DNA of 63,462 nt, counting the filler, from Octopus bimaculoides (taxonomy: Eukaryota): assembly GCF_001194135.2 (NCBI RefSeq). It is 11 parts of 10 records of this genome, joined end to end, with 100 filler letters (N's around TTAATTAATTAA, not from the genome) between each part and the next. Parts side by side here need not be neighbours in the genome. Positions count along the whole stretch, not along the records: positions 23,843 to 45,064 come from NC_068988.1; 10 more parts are not named here. One strand, written 5' to 3'. The position numbers and the translations under genes were made by a program. Positions 25,746 through 38,494 of this stretch are shown piece after piece; position 1 is the first letter of the stretch, and the number at the start of each line of letters is the position of its first letter. The notes below the pieces were generated by a model. That model saw only the letters and a list, made by a program, of their open reading frames with translations, searched no databases and was not told the DNA's origin.

Positions 25746-25878
25746 TCTACCATTAGAAAAAAGAAAAAAGAGAAGGCTATTGAATATGTTGCGTCTAAAC
25801 CAGGGATCCCTAAGTCTTTTAGACCGTCAACCCCTTCATGGAATCCTTGATCCCTCATCCACCCCAAGGCATGTACAA

Positions 25879-25909
<31 letters not shown>

Positions 25910-26761
25910 GTAGATGTGCATTTACCGACCCCTCGAATAGTTCCATCGCACCCCTGGAGTCGATATTGGGGACCCCTAGTCTAAACGAACAAAGAAAAAA
26001 CAAAGATGGGATGGAACACCATCATAAAACGTACTTCATCAGCTCTGACGTACGGTTAAACAAGTCACATCATCATCATATACCTGTCCCAAAAATAAAT
26101 ATCTGTTGTATTACACAGAGAAGTGAAAGAAAATGAGTTGAATATCTGGTCGAAGGACACCATATTGCCACAGAAATTTAATTACAATCTCGGATCTCGT
26201 GTAGAACCATGTTGCTTCTCGTTAAAGACCATGCAAACTTGACAAGGGAGATAACTCTTCAGATTGATGCAAGGGAAACAACTCATCTTAATCTATGCAG
26301 AGAGGGGCCTGTATTTTCTTGTTTGATGTGTTAAAAATGTCAGCGAAATCTTTCTCCAAATCACACCCTATTGTTCTGGAAACGGGGAAAAACCATGTTA
26401 TTCCTGTATACTTTTAAAGGGACTTGATGGATCTGGCTGGAATATCATTAATAATAGGTTTGTTCGGTTGCGATTAACTTGGGAGTAGGAAACAATTGCG
26501 TAGAAATGTTGACACCCTATGCCAGAAAAAAAAAAAAATTAAAAGTTTGACACTGCGGGTTGAATATCGTGACATTTGTTAGTTTTACCGTGCATTTAAT
26601 GCTACATTCTGTTTTATGTCTGTGTGCTTAAGAAACCCGCATTGCAACCATGTAGCTACATGGTTTCGTGTTCAGTTCCAATGCGCAGTATCTTGGGCAA
26701 TATACCGTCGGGCTGATCAATACTTTGTTAGTGAATTTAGTAGAGAGCAAAATGAAGCAAA

Positions 26762-27132
26762 TACCGTAAATCACCGAGTATAGTCCGCCCTTGAGTATAA
26801 TACGCAGGAGATTTTTAGGGGGCTGTTCCTCTGAAAAACCTAAACCATGTGTATAATACGCACCCCTTCTCTAACTTGAGTCAAGGATGTGTATATAACG
26901 TCCTTGGTTTGTAAACATATTTACAGTACCGTCGTTTATTATTAATGTATATATAACATAATGCAAACGTGTAGCTTTTTTGTGCACTTTGTGTGCAGAA
27001 AATAAAGAAATAACAATAATAACGTCAGTGAAAAATAAATATTAAGTAAATTGCCTTTACATATTTATCACTTTTAAAATTTTGCTTAGAAAATATTTTT
27101 CATTTTTAACCTCGTATATTAGTACGCACTAG
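26762..27132 (+). mobile_element. pogo/Tc2-type MITE left end (right end in gap)
   Basis: TA|CCGTAAATCACCGAGTATAGTCCGC terminus with subterminal GTATAATACGCA repeated; no ORF. Confidence 0.5.
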
Positions 27133-27499
27133 NNNNNNNNNNNNNNNNNNNNNNNNNNNNNNNNNNNNNNNNNNNNNNNNNNNNNNNNNNNNNNNNNNNN
27201 NNNNNNNNNNNNNNNNNNNNNNNNNNNNNNNNNNNNNNNNNNNNNNNNNNNNNNNNNNNNNNNNNNNNNNNNNNNNNNNNNNNNNNNNNNNNNNNNNNNN
27301 NNNNNAGTCATCGCGCAAGATATAAGTCCTTCTTAAGGATGACTTGATGGTCTTCGTCACTCTAATGGACGAGCGGGGATCTTCTAAATTAAAGGAAATA
27401 ATAGAATTATCGTCGTAGAATTCACAACGGAAAACAGGAAAAAAAACACAAACAAACAAAAAAAAAGGTGAAATACGAAGGGAGCTAACTCATCTTTTA

Positions 27500-27697
27500 T
27501 TTTTATCTTTTATTTGTTTCAGTTGTGAAATTGCGGCCATGCTGTGGCACCACCTTTAAGAACTTTTAGTCGAATGAATCCCTCCCCAGTACTTAATTTT
27601 GTTAAGCCTGGCACTTATTCTATAGGTTTCTTTTTACCCAATCGTTATGCTATGGGGATGTAAACACACCAACACTAGTTGTCAAGCAGTGGTGAAG

Positions 27698-27735
<38 letters not shown>
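27500..27735 (-). mobile_element. Family A SINE 3' half
   Basis: GCGGCCATGCTG..GCACC...CTTATTCTAT...AAACACACCAACAC...TGTCAAGC followed by (AC)n. Confidence 0.7.
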
Positions 27736-27736
<1 letters not shown>

Positions 27737-28295
27737 TGGCTATTTCATAATGTTGAACCATTAATATCTACACATTTTTTTCCATTCACCTTTTTTTCCC
27801 TCTTAATCTTTTCTGTCAAAGAGAGTAGGGTTGAAACATAAAGACTTTTCCATTCTTCCTGAGTGTTACACCTGCTTGTTGTTCCTACACCTGTCTTCAT
27901 CTTTTGTTTTCTATAAATTTGAACTATATATATATATATATACATACACGAAAATTTAGGGTATAAAAAATATCTACCAGCTATGCTAGAAAGAAGAGTC
28001 AACTCTCCAAAGCTACATGTTTCTGACTATAAACAAAACATGCACAGTTAATGTAGCGGATATAAGAAAAAAATAGCTCTTACCTTTGCAAAAACACAAA
28101 GAAAAGTACAGTTATCTCAGTATCAATTGATTTCACCTTTAGTGTCAAACACTTAGGATCATCAGATGAGCTTACTTCAAATAACTATTTTTTTCTAGAT
28201 ATATACACTACACCCTAAATTTTTATGTATATTTATCTATGTTGGTTAAGCTTGCTGGCCACTTTATTATCATTATCTTTAATAATAATGATCGT

Positions 28296-29240
28296 CATCA
28301 TCATCGTTTAATGTCCGCTTTCCATGCTAGCATGGGTTGGACGATTTGACTGAGGACTGGCGAACCAGATGACTGCACCAGGCTCCAATCTGATCTAGCA
28401 GAGTTTCTACAGCTGGATGCCCTTCCTAACACCAACCACTCCGAGAGTGTAGTGGGTGCTCTTACGTGCCACCGGCATGAGGGCCAGTCTGGCGGTACTG
28501 GTAACAGCCGCGCTCAAATGGTGTTTTTTACGTACCACCTGTACAGGATTTCAGTCCAGTGGTGCTGGCAACGACCTCGCTCGAATGTTTTGTTCACATG
28601 CCACCAGCATAAGGGCCAGTAAGGCGACGCTGGTAATGATCATGTTCAAATGGTGCTTTTTGCGTGCCACCGGCATGGAAGCCAGACCGCTGATCTTGCA
28701 GTGATCCCACTCGGTTGGTGCTGTTAGCGCTCCACTGGCACAAGTTCCAGTCATTGAATTTGGTTCAGTTTCTATTTCACTTGCCCCATCCAGTCTTCGC
28801 AAGCAGAGTTCAGTGTCCAATGAAGGAAGGTTGGCATGGGTGCCAGTCATCGAATTTGATTCGATTTTGATTTTGATTTCGATTACACTTCGCAAGCAGG
28901 ATTTTGTGTCCAAAGAACGAAAGGTATGCATAAGTGGGCTGGCTACACCTCTGGTAAAGGCCACGGGTTATGGTCTCACTTGTCTTGCTGGGTCTTCTCA
29001 CACATGGCATATTTCTAAAGGTCTTGGTCACTAGTCATTGCCTCGGTGAGGCCTAATGTTCGAAGGTTGTGCTTCACCACCTCATCCCAGGTCTTCCTGG
29101 GTCTACCTCTTCCACAGGTACCCTCAACTGCTAGGCTGTGGCACTTTTTCACACAGCTCTCCTCATCCTCAGCCCTCAGTCAAACCGTCCACCCCATGTC
29201 AACATGGAAAGCAGATGTTAAATGACGATGATGATGATGA
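28296..29240 (-). mobile_element. Composite of family C repeat (with internal module duplications) and RTE LINE 3' end
   Basis: (ATC)n-GTTTAATGTCCGCTTTCCATGCTAGCATGGGTTGG...GGATGCCCTTCCTAA... An RTE end at 28985-29150 reads VEGTCGRGRPRKTWDEVVKHNLRTLGLTEAMTSDQDL on the minus strand. Confidence 0.82.
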
Positions 29241-29527
29241 TGATGATAATTGTTAGGGAACTGGGTTGGTGGAATCAGTAGAGCATTGAACAAAATACCT
29301 TGTAGTGTTTGTTCTGACTCTTTATGTTCTGGTTTCAAATCCTGCTGAGGTCAACTTTTCTTTCATATTTTCGGGATCAATAAAACAAAGTAACAGTCAA
29401 GTATTGAGCTCAATTAATTTTTAAATCCCTAAAAATTGCCAGCCTAAAATTACAAACAGTTATTGTTATTATCCCCACATTTTATATTTACCGTTTTCTA
29501 TGTCTCTCCCTTTCTGTCTCTCTCCAG

Positions 29528-29706
29528 ATGTCGGGAAGCCAATGCGCATAAACTTTATCCATGGATCCACCAGTGGATTAACAACAAAACTTCAGCTGAC
29601 CAGATTGAACCGGTCAGCTTTCCTGATGTGAATCCTGCTGATCTCCCAGCCAATTCCAATTTTTCCATGGCTGCTGGTGACTTTTTAGAAGTATATACGG
29701 AACCAA
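29528..29706 (+). CDS. CARNMT1: Internal coding exon of carnosine N-methyltransferase (N2227-like, class I SAM-dependent methyltransferase)
   Basis: Pyrimidine-rich acceptor ...ctctctccag| and donor |gtaagt. The 179 nt translate to (R)[59 protein letters not shown], matching the recalled human CARNMT1 segment [59 protein letters not shown]. Ends in phase 1. Confidence 0.93.
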
Positions 29707-29725
29707 GTAAGTAACTGTTTGTTCT

Positions 29726-29810
29726 TTAACCCTAAAACATTTAAACTGGCCCTGTGCAGCCCCAATATTCTATTGTGTTATGTTTAGCCTTTTAGCATTC
29801 AAATTTCATT
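29726..29810 (+). mobile_element. TTAA-terminated MITE-like fragment (piggyBac-type end suspected)
   Basis: TTAACCCT..CATTTAAACTGGCC...CAAATATTCT. Related pieces occur at 30525-30800, 37440, 40700-40860 and 44153-44185. Confidence 0.45.
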
Positions 29811-30039
29811 GTCAATTGGTCTTATGGCAGTCACTTGAAGGAAGATTCAACAGGGGAAGAAGACATGTAGCCTATTGGACAACTTGTTTCCATATAGGTT
29901 AACAAATGTTTCCACAAATGTTAACAGATTAAGAATACGCAAGGGTGGGGGGCGTGATGTGTGACATGTTTGCATGAAATCATTGAAGCATCTGGGAGGA
30001 TGGTCAAACTATACTATCTACAGCAGTGAAACATGGGCT

Positions 30040-30500
30040 GTGACCATGTGATATGTATGAATGAGGACAGCTGTGTAAACAAGCACTGACCTCTAACTGT
30101 GGAGGGAACCTGTGGAAAAGGTAGACCCAGGAAGATATGGGACGAGGTGATGAAGCATGATCTTTGAACGTTGGGCCTCATGGAGGCAATGACAAGTGAC
30201 CAAGACCTTTGATGATATGCTGTGCTTGAGAAGACCCATCAAGTGAAATCATAGTCGTGGCCAGTGCTGGTGTCGTGCAGCTGGCACCCGTACTGGTGGC
30301 ACATAAAAGGACTTGTGCCAGTGACATGTAAAAAGCACCCATTATACTCTTGAAGTGTTTGGTATTAGGCAGGGTATCTAGCTGTAGAAACCTTGTCAAA
30401 TCAGACTGGAACCTGGTGCGGCTCTCTGGCTTACATGTTCCAGTCAAACCATCTAACCCATACCAGCATAGAAAGCAGACTCTAAATGATGACAATGATG
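30040..30500 (+). mobile_element. RTE LINE 3' end plus family C tail
   Basis: HVICMNEDSCV...TVEGTCGKGRPRKIWDEV, then ...CTGTAGAAACC...AACCCATACCAGCATAGAAAGCAGAC..TAAATGATGA. Confidence 0.78.
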
Positions 30501-30872
30501 ATGACAAATGTTTTGAATCAATCACACTTTATCTCATAGCTTTGAGATTTCAGTGATGTGTTTGTATATATGTTTGTATATACTAGACATTGTAGGGTAA
30601 GTGTGAGAGATTGGAGCTGGTCAGTTTTAACATAAAGCAGGTAGAATATTTTATCCAGATATGGCTGGATTAAAGTTTAAAAGGTTTAACCAGTCAGATC
30701 TGGCCTCTTACACCTACCTGGTGATATTCTAAAAATATACAATTACATTATTGAAATCTTGTAGCTTTGAGATCATATGAGATAAAGCCATTTCTGCCTA
30801 AATACGGTTATAAATGCTGTGAGATTTTCAACTGTGCATGGTTTGGTTTTTTTTTCTTCAACATTTGAGATC

Positions 30873-31320
30873 GAAACTGAACCAAATTTGATGACTGGCA
30901 CCCGTGCCAGTGGAGCGTTAACAGCACCATCCATGCAAGATCACTGCCAGAGCAGCGGTCTCGCTCCCGTGCCGGTGGCATGTTAAAAGCACTTTTTGAG
31001 CGCTATCGTTCCCGGCTTTGCCTTACTAGCACCTGTGCTGGTGGCATGTGAACAAAACATTGGCTAACCCCTGTACTGGTGCACATAAAAACACCATTCG
31101 AGCGTGGCCATTGCCAGTACCGCTGGACTGGCTCTCATGCCAGTGGCACGTAAAAAGCACCCACTACACTCTCGGAGTGGTTAGCATTAGGAAGGGCATC
31201 CAGCTGTAGAAACTCTGCCAGATCAGATTGGAGTCTGGTGTAGCCATCCGCTTTGCCAGTCCCCAGTCAAGTCATCCAACCCATGCTAGCATGGAAAGTG
31301 GACATTAAATGATGATGATG
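30873..31320 (+). mobile_element. Family C repeat, reverse-complementary to 28296-28772
   Basis: GAAACTGAACCAAATTTGATGACTGGC...GGCACGTAAAAAGCACCCACTACACTCTCGGAGTGG...AGGAAGGGCATCCAGCTGTAGAAAC...CCCATGCTAGCATGGAAAG..(GAT)n. Confidence 0.85.
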
Positions 31321-32047
31321 ATTTGAAGTGGAAATAATGTTTTTTTTATTGTAATTACTGATACGGCTTCAACTAGAAATTTTGATTTTGAAAGATTTAT
31401 ACTCGAAGACTTAAAACTGTAAAAATAAATGAAATAACAGCATCTAGTCTTTGGATGAATCAGATAACGGAAGAATGGTATGGCCATGTGATGTGTATGA
31501 ATGAGGACAGCTGTGTAAACAAAACTGTTGAAGGAACCTGTGGATATAGTAGACCAAGGAAGATGCTTACACTCTGTCATACATGCACACAGACATTGCA
31601 CATCCAGAAAAGCATACTACCTTCATTTCTTTGAGACTGAACCCAAAGCCATGTCATTAGGAAGCTATCTTCTTAACCACACAGCCATGCCTGCACTCGC
31701 ATGCTAGCGTGCACACGCACTATTACACACACAAACATACATTACATATAGCCACACATGTACATGCACACATACATATGCACATCACTCATGGCTGGTT
31801 GAATAGTTAATAGAAGTGATTTCTTTTATTGGCTCGACACAGATTTAGGAGGGAAATGAGGTAAATTATGTGTATATGAATATGTGTGTAAACATGTGCT
31901 GTGTGTGTGTGTGTGTATATATATATACACACACACACACATTCATATATACACATATATAATATATATATATATATACATATATATTTATGTTTATAAT
32001 ACAAACATATCTTTTTGTGTGGTGTGTGTGTTACATGTTTGTGCAAA

Positions 32048-32086
<39 letters not shown>

Positions 32087-32976
32087 AGCACACACACATA
32101 AAAAATATACATATTCATATATATACATATATAATATATAATATATATATACATACATACATATANNNNNNNNNNNNNNNNNNNNNNNNNNNNNNNNNNN
32201 NNNNNNNNNNNNNTGTATATATTTGTGTTTATAATATGAACACATATTTTTGTGTGGTGTATGTTACATGTTTGTGTGAAGAAAATATATATGTATATTT
32301 ATATATACATATATGCACATATATATATGTATGTATATATATATATATATATATATGTCTATCTATATATATATATATACACACACACGTGTATATATAC
32401 ATGTATATATATGTGTATAGCTGGTATCTCGTGATGAGATGATTCTCATTGTTCCACCTCCTACCTGTGCCCACAAATGTGTCAGGTGCAGAGATATGAC
32501 TTGTCAAATATATATAAAGTCTTTAATTGTGCATGTTGTCATCGTCATCATCGTCATCCCCACCGCCGCCATTTTCACCATCATCACAAGCAGCAACAGC
32601 AGCAGGCAGCAAGTATTTGCTTTTGTCCAATCTCTGGCTATATTCTGTTTCAGCATTTTCCTGCGCACACGTGTATATATATGTGTGTGTGTCTGTGTGT
32701 GTGAGGCAGTCCTAAACAGCAACAACAACAACAACAACAACAGCAAAAAATATAAGGAAGTGATTTTTCTATGGCTCCAGTATCTCTGTCATATTTACAT
32801 TTATTTTTGGTGAGAGGAATATTGGAATAAATTTAATGGCATGTGACATAAACATCCACTTGAAGAGAGACTTTTGAATAGATGTCTGCTTCTAATGTGG
32901 GATTAAATTCTTCAAATTGTTTAATGGAATAGTAGGGATAGCAGAGCCTTCTGGTTCTTAGCTCATATTCCTCAGT

Positions 32977-33445
32977 GAAGGCGCATGACTTAATGGTTAG
33001 AGCGCTGGGCTCACAATCATGAAGCAGTGAGTTCGATTCCTGGACCAGGTTGTTTGTTGTGCTCTTGAGCAATACACTTTATTTCACGTTGCTCCAGTTC
33101 ACTCAGCTGTAGAAATGAGTTGTGACATCACTGGTGCCAAGCTGTATCAACCTTTGCCTTTCAGTGGCATGGAGAGGGAGAGGGGTGGCTGGTTTGCATG
33201 GGTGACTATTGGTTTTCCACAAACAACCTTGCCCAGAGTTGTTCCTCAGAGGGTAACATTCTAGGTGCAATCCTATAGTCATTCATGACCAAAGGAGATC
33301 ATTACCCTTTAACCTATGTACATATAATGGTATAGAGAGGACAGGCTGGTATGCATGGGTGACTGCTGGTCTTCCATAAATAACCTTGCCCAGACTTGTG
33401 CCTCAGAGGGGAACTTTCTAGATGCAATCCCATGGTCATTCATAA
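32977..33445 (+). mobile_element. tRNA-derived SINE (family E) with duplicated 3' module
   Basis: Head GAAGGCGCATGACTTAATGGTTAGAGCG...GAGTTCGATTCC. The module GCATGGGTGACT..GGTCTTCCA..AACCTTGCCCAG..CCTCAGAGGG..TTCTAG.TGCAATCC..GGTCATTCAT occurs twice, linked by TATGTACATATAATG. Confidence 0.82.
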
Positions 33446-34139
33446 NNNNNNNNNNTGTGTTAGTTCGAATATGGTTATTTACAATATGTATTTTGAATCC
33501 ATTTTTCAATTTAAGGTTTTCTTCGATTTTTAAAATAGGATGAATCTATATTAAATTTATTTGTTTTGTTTATTTTGTTCATTGCACACCCAAGACCGTT
33601 ATTTGAAACGACCAATGAAACAGATCCATGTGCTTTAAATTTTATATTAGCATTGATTGCATTGTCATTGCTTTCCCATTTCTAACAAAACTGTCCGATG
33701 AACGGGAACGTGAAATTCCGAGTAACAGTTTTTTGTTATATTTCTGCTGCTTTTAAATAAAGAATATTACTCTACTTCTGAGGTAGTGAGTTCGATTCCT
33801 GGACTCGGCTGTGTCTTGTGTTCTTGAGCAATACACTTTATTTCTCGCTGCTCCAGTTCTCTCAACTGTAGAAATGAGTTTTGACAACACTGATGCCAAG
33901 CTGGTTGATTACACTGACCCCAGTATTCAACTGGTATTTATTTCACTGACCCTGAAAGCATGGAAGGCAAAGTTGACTTGGGTGGAACTTGAACTCAACA
34001 TAAAGACGGACGAAATGCCACTCTGGCATGCTAATGATTCTGCCAGCTTGACACCTTACTGATGCTGAACATTAATTATATTTAGTAATTAGTCAAGAAA
34101 ACTTAATGCTTAATAGCAGGAAGGAGGGGGAGATGTAGG

Positions 34140-34636
34140 AAGTATTGTCTGTGCTGATAATAATAATAATAATGATGATGATGGTGGTGGTGGTGGTGGT
34201 GGTGGCTGTGGTGATAATGATGAGGGTGATGATGATGATGGTTGTGATGGTGGCGGGAATGGTAATGCAGTGATGTACATTTGATGACGATGGTGATGGT
34301 CAGTGTGATGATGATTGTGGTGGCGGTGGTTGTGATGGCTGCAACGACGGTGGAGGTGGTAGTAAAAGTAGAAGTGTGCTGATAGTGATTGTGATGACGA
34401 TGATGATGATGATGGTGGCGGCAGCGGTGTTAGTGTTGGTTTGTGATTATGATGGACAAATGTGATGATGATGCTGTATGATGTTAGTAATAACAATAGT
34501 GATGGCAGTGGTTGTGTGCTGATGGCGGTGGTGGCGGTGGCATGGTGGTAATGGTGGTGGTGGTGGTGTTGGTGGCAATGATTTTGGTTGCGATTCTGAT
34601 GATTATAGTTGCGACAGTGATTAAAATGGTGATTGC

Positions 34637-34685
<49 letters not shown>

Positions 34686-34820
34686 ACATGAATGGTGGTT
34701 TGGATTGCGATAATGAGGATGGCCACGATAGTGCTGACGGCAAGGGTAATGACACTGAAGATAATAATATGGTAGCACAGCATATGGATGAAGATGGTGA
34801 TGGTGATGGTGTAGTAGCTG

Positions 34821-34863
<43 letters not shown>

Positions 34864-35330
34864 CATGGTCGTGGTGGTGGTAGTGATGATGATGATGGTG
34901 GTGTGGTGATGGTGGTGGTGATGATGATGGTGTTGGTGGTGATGGTGGTGTTGATGATGGTGGCAGTGGTGGTGGTGGTGGTGATGATGATGGTCATGGT
35001 GATTGTGATGGTGTTGGTGGTGTTGGTGGTGGTGATGATAATGGTAGTGCTGGTGATGGTGGTGGTGGTGCTGCTGATGATGGTGGTAGCGGCAGTGGTG
35101 GTGATGATGGTGGTGGTAGCGACAGTGGTGGTGATGATGGTGGTGGTGGTGATGGTGGAGGTGGTGATGGTAGTGGTGGTGGTGATGATGACGACGATGA
35201 TAGTAGTGATGACAATGATGGTGAGGGTGACGACACAGTTGTGGAGATGGAAATTACATTGCCGATAGTAGTAGTGGTGGTGGTGGTGGTGGTGGTGGTG
35301 GTAACAGTGAGGGTAATGGTACTGAGGTTC
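34140..35330. repeat. ~1.2 kb cryptic (GAT/GGT)n trinucleotide field
   Basis: Mixed GAT, GGT and GTG units; source of the poly-H/M/V/P pseudo-ORFs. Confidence 0.95.
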
Positions 35331-36086
35331 ATGAGGGTGGCGGCAGCGATGGTATTACAATGAGGCTGGTATTTTGCTGGTAGTGCTGGGGTTGCTAATG
35401 GTAAAATATCCCTTCACCTTTCTATAATACCATCACATAGATAAAATCAATGTGAGGTATTGTATGTATGTATGTATGCAAGCATGTATGTATGTATGTA
35501 TGTCTGTATGTATTTGTGTATATGTATATATGTAGGTGAGTGTATGTTTGTGTGTATATATGTGTGTATATATGCTGATGTTGATGATGATGTTGGTAGT
35601 GGTTGCGGTGGCAGTGATCATGATGGTTGTGGTGATGGTGGTGGTGATGATNNNNNNNNNNNNNNNNNNNNNNNNNNNNNNNNNNNNNNNNNNNNNNNNN
35701 NNNNNNNNNNNNNNNNNNNNNNNNNNNNNNNNNNNNNNNNNNNNNNNNNNNNNNNNNNNNNNNNNNNNNNNNNNNNNNNNNNNNNNNNNNNNNNNNNNNN
35801 NNNNNNNNNNNNNNNNNNNNNNNNNNNNNNNNNNNNNNNNNNNNNNNNNNNNNNNNNNNNNNNNNNNNNNNNNNNNNNNNNNNNNNNNNNNNNNNNNNNN
35901 NNNNNNNNNNNNNNNNNNNNNNNNNNNNNNNNNNNNNNNNNNNNNNNNNNNNNNNNNNNNNNNNNNNNNNNNNNNNNNNNNNNNNNNNNNNNNNNNNNNN
36001 NNNNNNNNNNNNNNNNNNNNNNNNNNNNNNNNNNNNNNNNNNNNNNNNNGTGTCTTTGTATGTAGGTATGATGTATGTGTGTGTGC

Positions 36087-36119
<33 letters not shown>

Positions 36120-37484
36120 TGCTTGTATATACGAAATATGTATGTATGAAATGTATTTATATGTATGTCTTCTGTATGTATGTATATATATGCGTGTGTA
36201 TGTATACATATAAGTATATATGCTGTGTATGTGTGTGTGCATATATGTATGTATGTATGCTTGTAGGTATGAAGTATGTATGTATATCTGTATGTCTGTA
36301 TGTATGTATGAAATGTATTTTATGTATGTATGTATGTCTTTTGTATGTATATATATATGTGTGTGTGTGTATGTATGTATGCATATAAGTATATATGCAA
36401 CTGTCTTATCTCAACTGCCACAGCAGTCACTAATCTCTCTCTATTTCTCGGTCATTTGGTAGAAACTGTAAAACCCCAGTGACCTCCCAGCGAGAGAGAG
36501 AGAGAGAGTTTCTTTATTGAAACGATACTCCCCCTCCCCTGCCGCCTTCCTTTCATACGTTACCCTCCACCCCTATCCCAACCCCACTCCCCCATCCACC
36601 ACTGCATCTCCTCATCATGCTTCGCCCACCCCGCTCGCTCACACTCACTCCACATGCAACTTCCTCTTCTTAAACCCCCCTCCACCCTCCACCCCTTCTC
36701 CACCCACTTCCTTTCCGCGTTCTCTTCCTTCTGGTGCTCCGCGATGGTAAGAAAAAGCCAAGCTCGAACTGTTTAAGTGTGGAATGTTGCACAACAGCTC
36801 TGCATGTGCGCACGTTCATGCGTTTTGCAGGTGAACGTACGCATTAGCTGAATCAATAACAGCAATTTAAGTGCACTTTCTTTTGCATCATTTGCATCTA
36901 ATTGTTTGTTTTTTTTATTGTTTCTGCTTCTTGTTGTTGCTGTTAGTATTGTTGTTGTTGTTGTTGTCAGCTCAGCTTTTTTTGAATTTTTAATTTTTTA
37001 TTTATATGTTTAGTAGTTGAATTAATCATAGCTCTTCTGTGAGTTCTTGTTAAGTTTTAATCTAAGCTAATTATTATACAGGAGGCGGTGAATTGGTAAA
37101 GTCTCATTAGATCTTCACATGTGATGCCTTGTGGAATTTGTTCTTGGCACTCTGCACTCTGTGTCCTTCCTCTCCGAAATTGTAAGGTGTGATCTGAAAT
37201 GAGATTTGGTTGCTATTTCTAATTGGTTCAGTGATCATGTAACACCTTTTTCATTGACTCGATTGGGACTTGGTAGAGAAAGAGAAAAAAAGACAACAAC
37301 AAAATATCATGTATGTAGCAGAGAGAGGTGATGAACACTCTACAAGTGGGTTCAATCCCACTTTGATCCCTTATTGTACTTTCCCTACATATTTTACTTG
37401 TTTTAGTCATAGGACTGTAGATGTGCCCGGGCATTGCTTTAGCTCTTTAGCATTCAGATTATTCTGTCACACGTAAAGGGTAAG

Positions 37485-37848
37485 GACCCCCTTTGGTCAT
37501 GAATGACCATGGGATTGCACCTAGAAGGTTTCCCTTCCGAGGTACAAGTTCAGGCAAGGTTGCATTATGGAAGACCAGCAGTCACCCATGCATACCACCC
37601 TCCCTTCTCTGCAACATTATATGTACATAAGGTAAAGGGGAAAAAACCCCTTCGGTCATGACTGACCATGGGATTGCACCTAGAAAGTTACCCTCCCAGG
37701 CATAAGTCCGGGCAAGATTGTTTGTGGAAGACCAGCAGTTGCCCATGCATACCAGCCTCCCCTCTCCATGCCACTGATGTTATCCAAGGGAAAGGCAAAG
37801 GCTGATACAGCTTGGCACCAGTGACATCGTGACTCATTTCTACAGCTG
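37485..37848 (-). mobile_element. Family E SINE with the same duplicated 3' module (head in gap)
   Basis: Two modules separated by CATTATATGTACATA. Confidence 0.82.
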
Positions 37849-38295
37849 NNNNNNNNNNNNNNNNNNNNNNNNNNNNNNNNNNNNNNNNNNNNNNNNNNNN
37901 NNNNNNNNNNNNNNNNNNNNNNNNNNNNNNNNNNNNNNNNNNNNNNNNNNNNNNNNNNNNNNNNNNNNNNNNNNNNNNNNNNNNNNNNNNNNNNNNNNNN
38001 NNNNNNNNNNNNNNNNNNNNNNNNNNNNNNNNNNNNNNNNNNNNNNNNNNNNNNNNNNNNNNNNNNNNNNNNNNNNNNNNNNNNNNNNNNNNNNNNNNNN
38101 NNNNNNNNNNNNNNNNNNNNNNNNNNNNNNNNNNNNNNNNNNNNNNNNNNNNNNNNNNNNNNNNNNNNNNNNNNNNNNNNNNNNNNNNNNNNNNNNNNNN
38201 NNNNNNNNNNNNNNNNNNNNNNNNNNNNNNNNNNNNNNNNNNNNNNNNNNNNNNNNNNNNNNNNNNNNNNNNNNNNNNNNNNNNNNNNNNNNNAA

Positions 38296-38475
38296 ATGAT
38301 GATGATGATGATACCCACTACACTCTCTGAGTGGTTGGCATTAGGAAGGGCATCCAGCTGTAGAAACTCTGCCAAATCAGATTGGAGCCTGGTGTTGCCA
38401 TCCGGTTTCACCAGTCCTCAGTCAAATCGTCCAACCCATGCTAGCATGGAAAGCGGACATTAAACGATGTTGATG
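38296..38475 (+). mobile_element. Family C repeat 3' part
   Basis: CCCACTACACTCTCTGAGTGGTTGGCATTAGGAAGGGCATCCAGCTGTAGAAAC...CCCATGCTAGCATGGAAAGCGGACATTAAACGATG. Confidence 0.85.
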
Positions 38476-38494
38476 ATATACAGTCTGTCATACC

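Noticed and set aside
32977-33050. tRNA gene (and similar heads at 2793, 3068, 48393)
   Set aside because: A- and B-box-like motifs are present, but there is no complete cloverleaf and each continues into a SINE body.
34110-35332. Poly-His/Met/Val/Pro ORFs suggesting a His-rich or mucin-like protein
   Set aside because: All frames are open because GAT/GGT repeats lack stops. There are no splice signals or domain structure. The same applies to 11741-12206, 55842-56396 and 57076-57485.
36744-36752. ATG|gtaag micro first exon after a C-rich tract
   Set aside because: It is phase 0 while the next CARNMT1 exon is phase 1, so the joined frame stops within ~30 codons. No promoter evidence.
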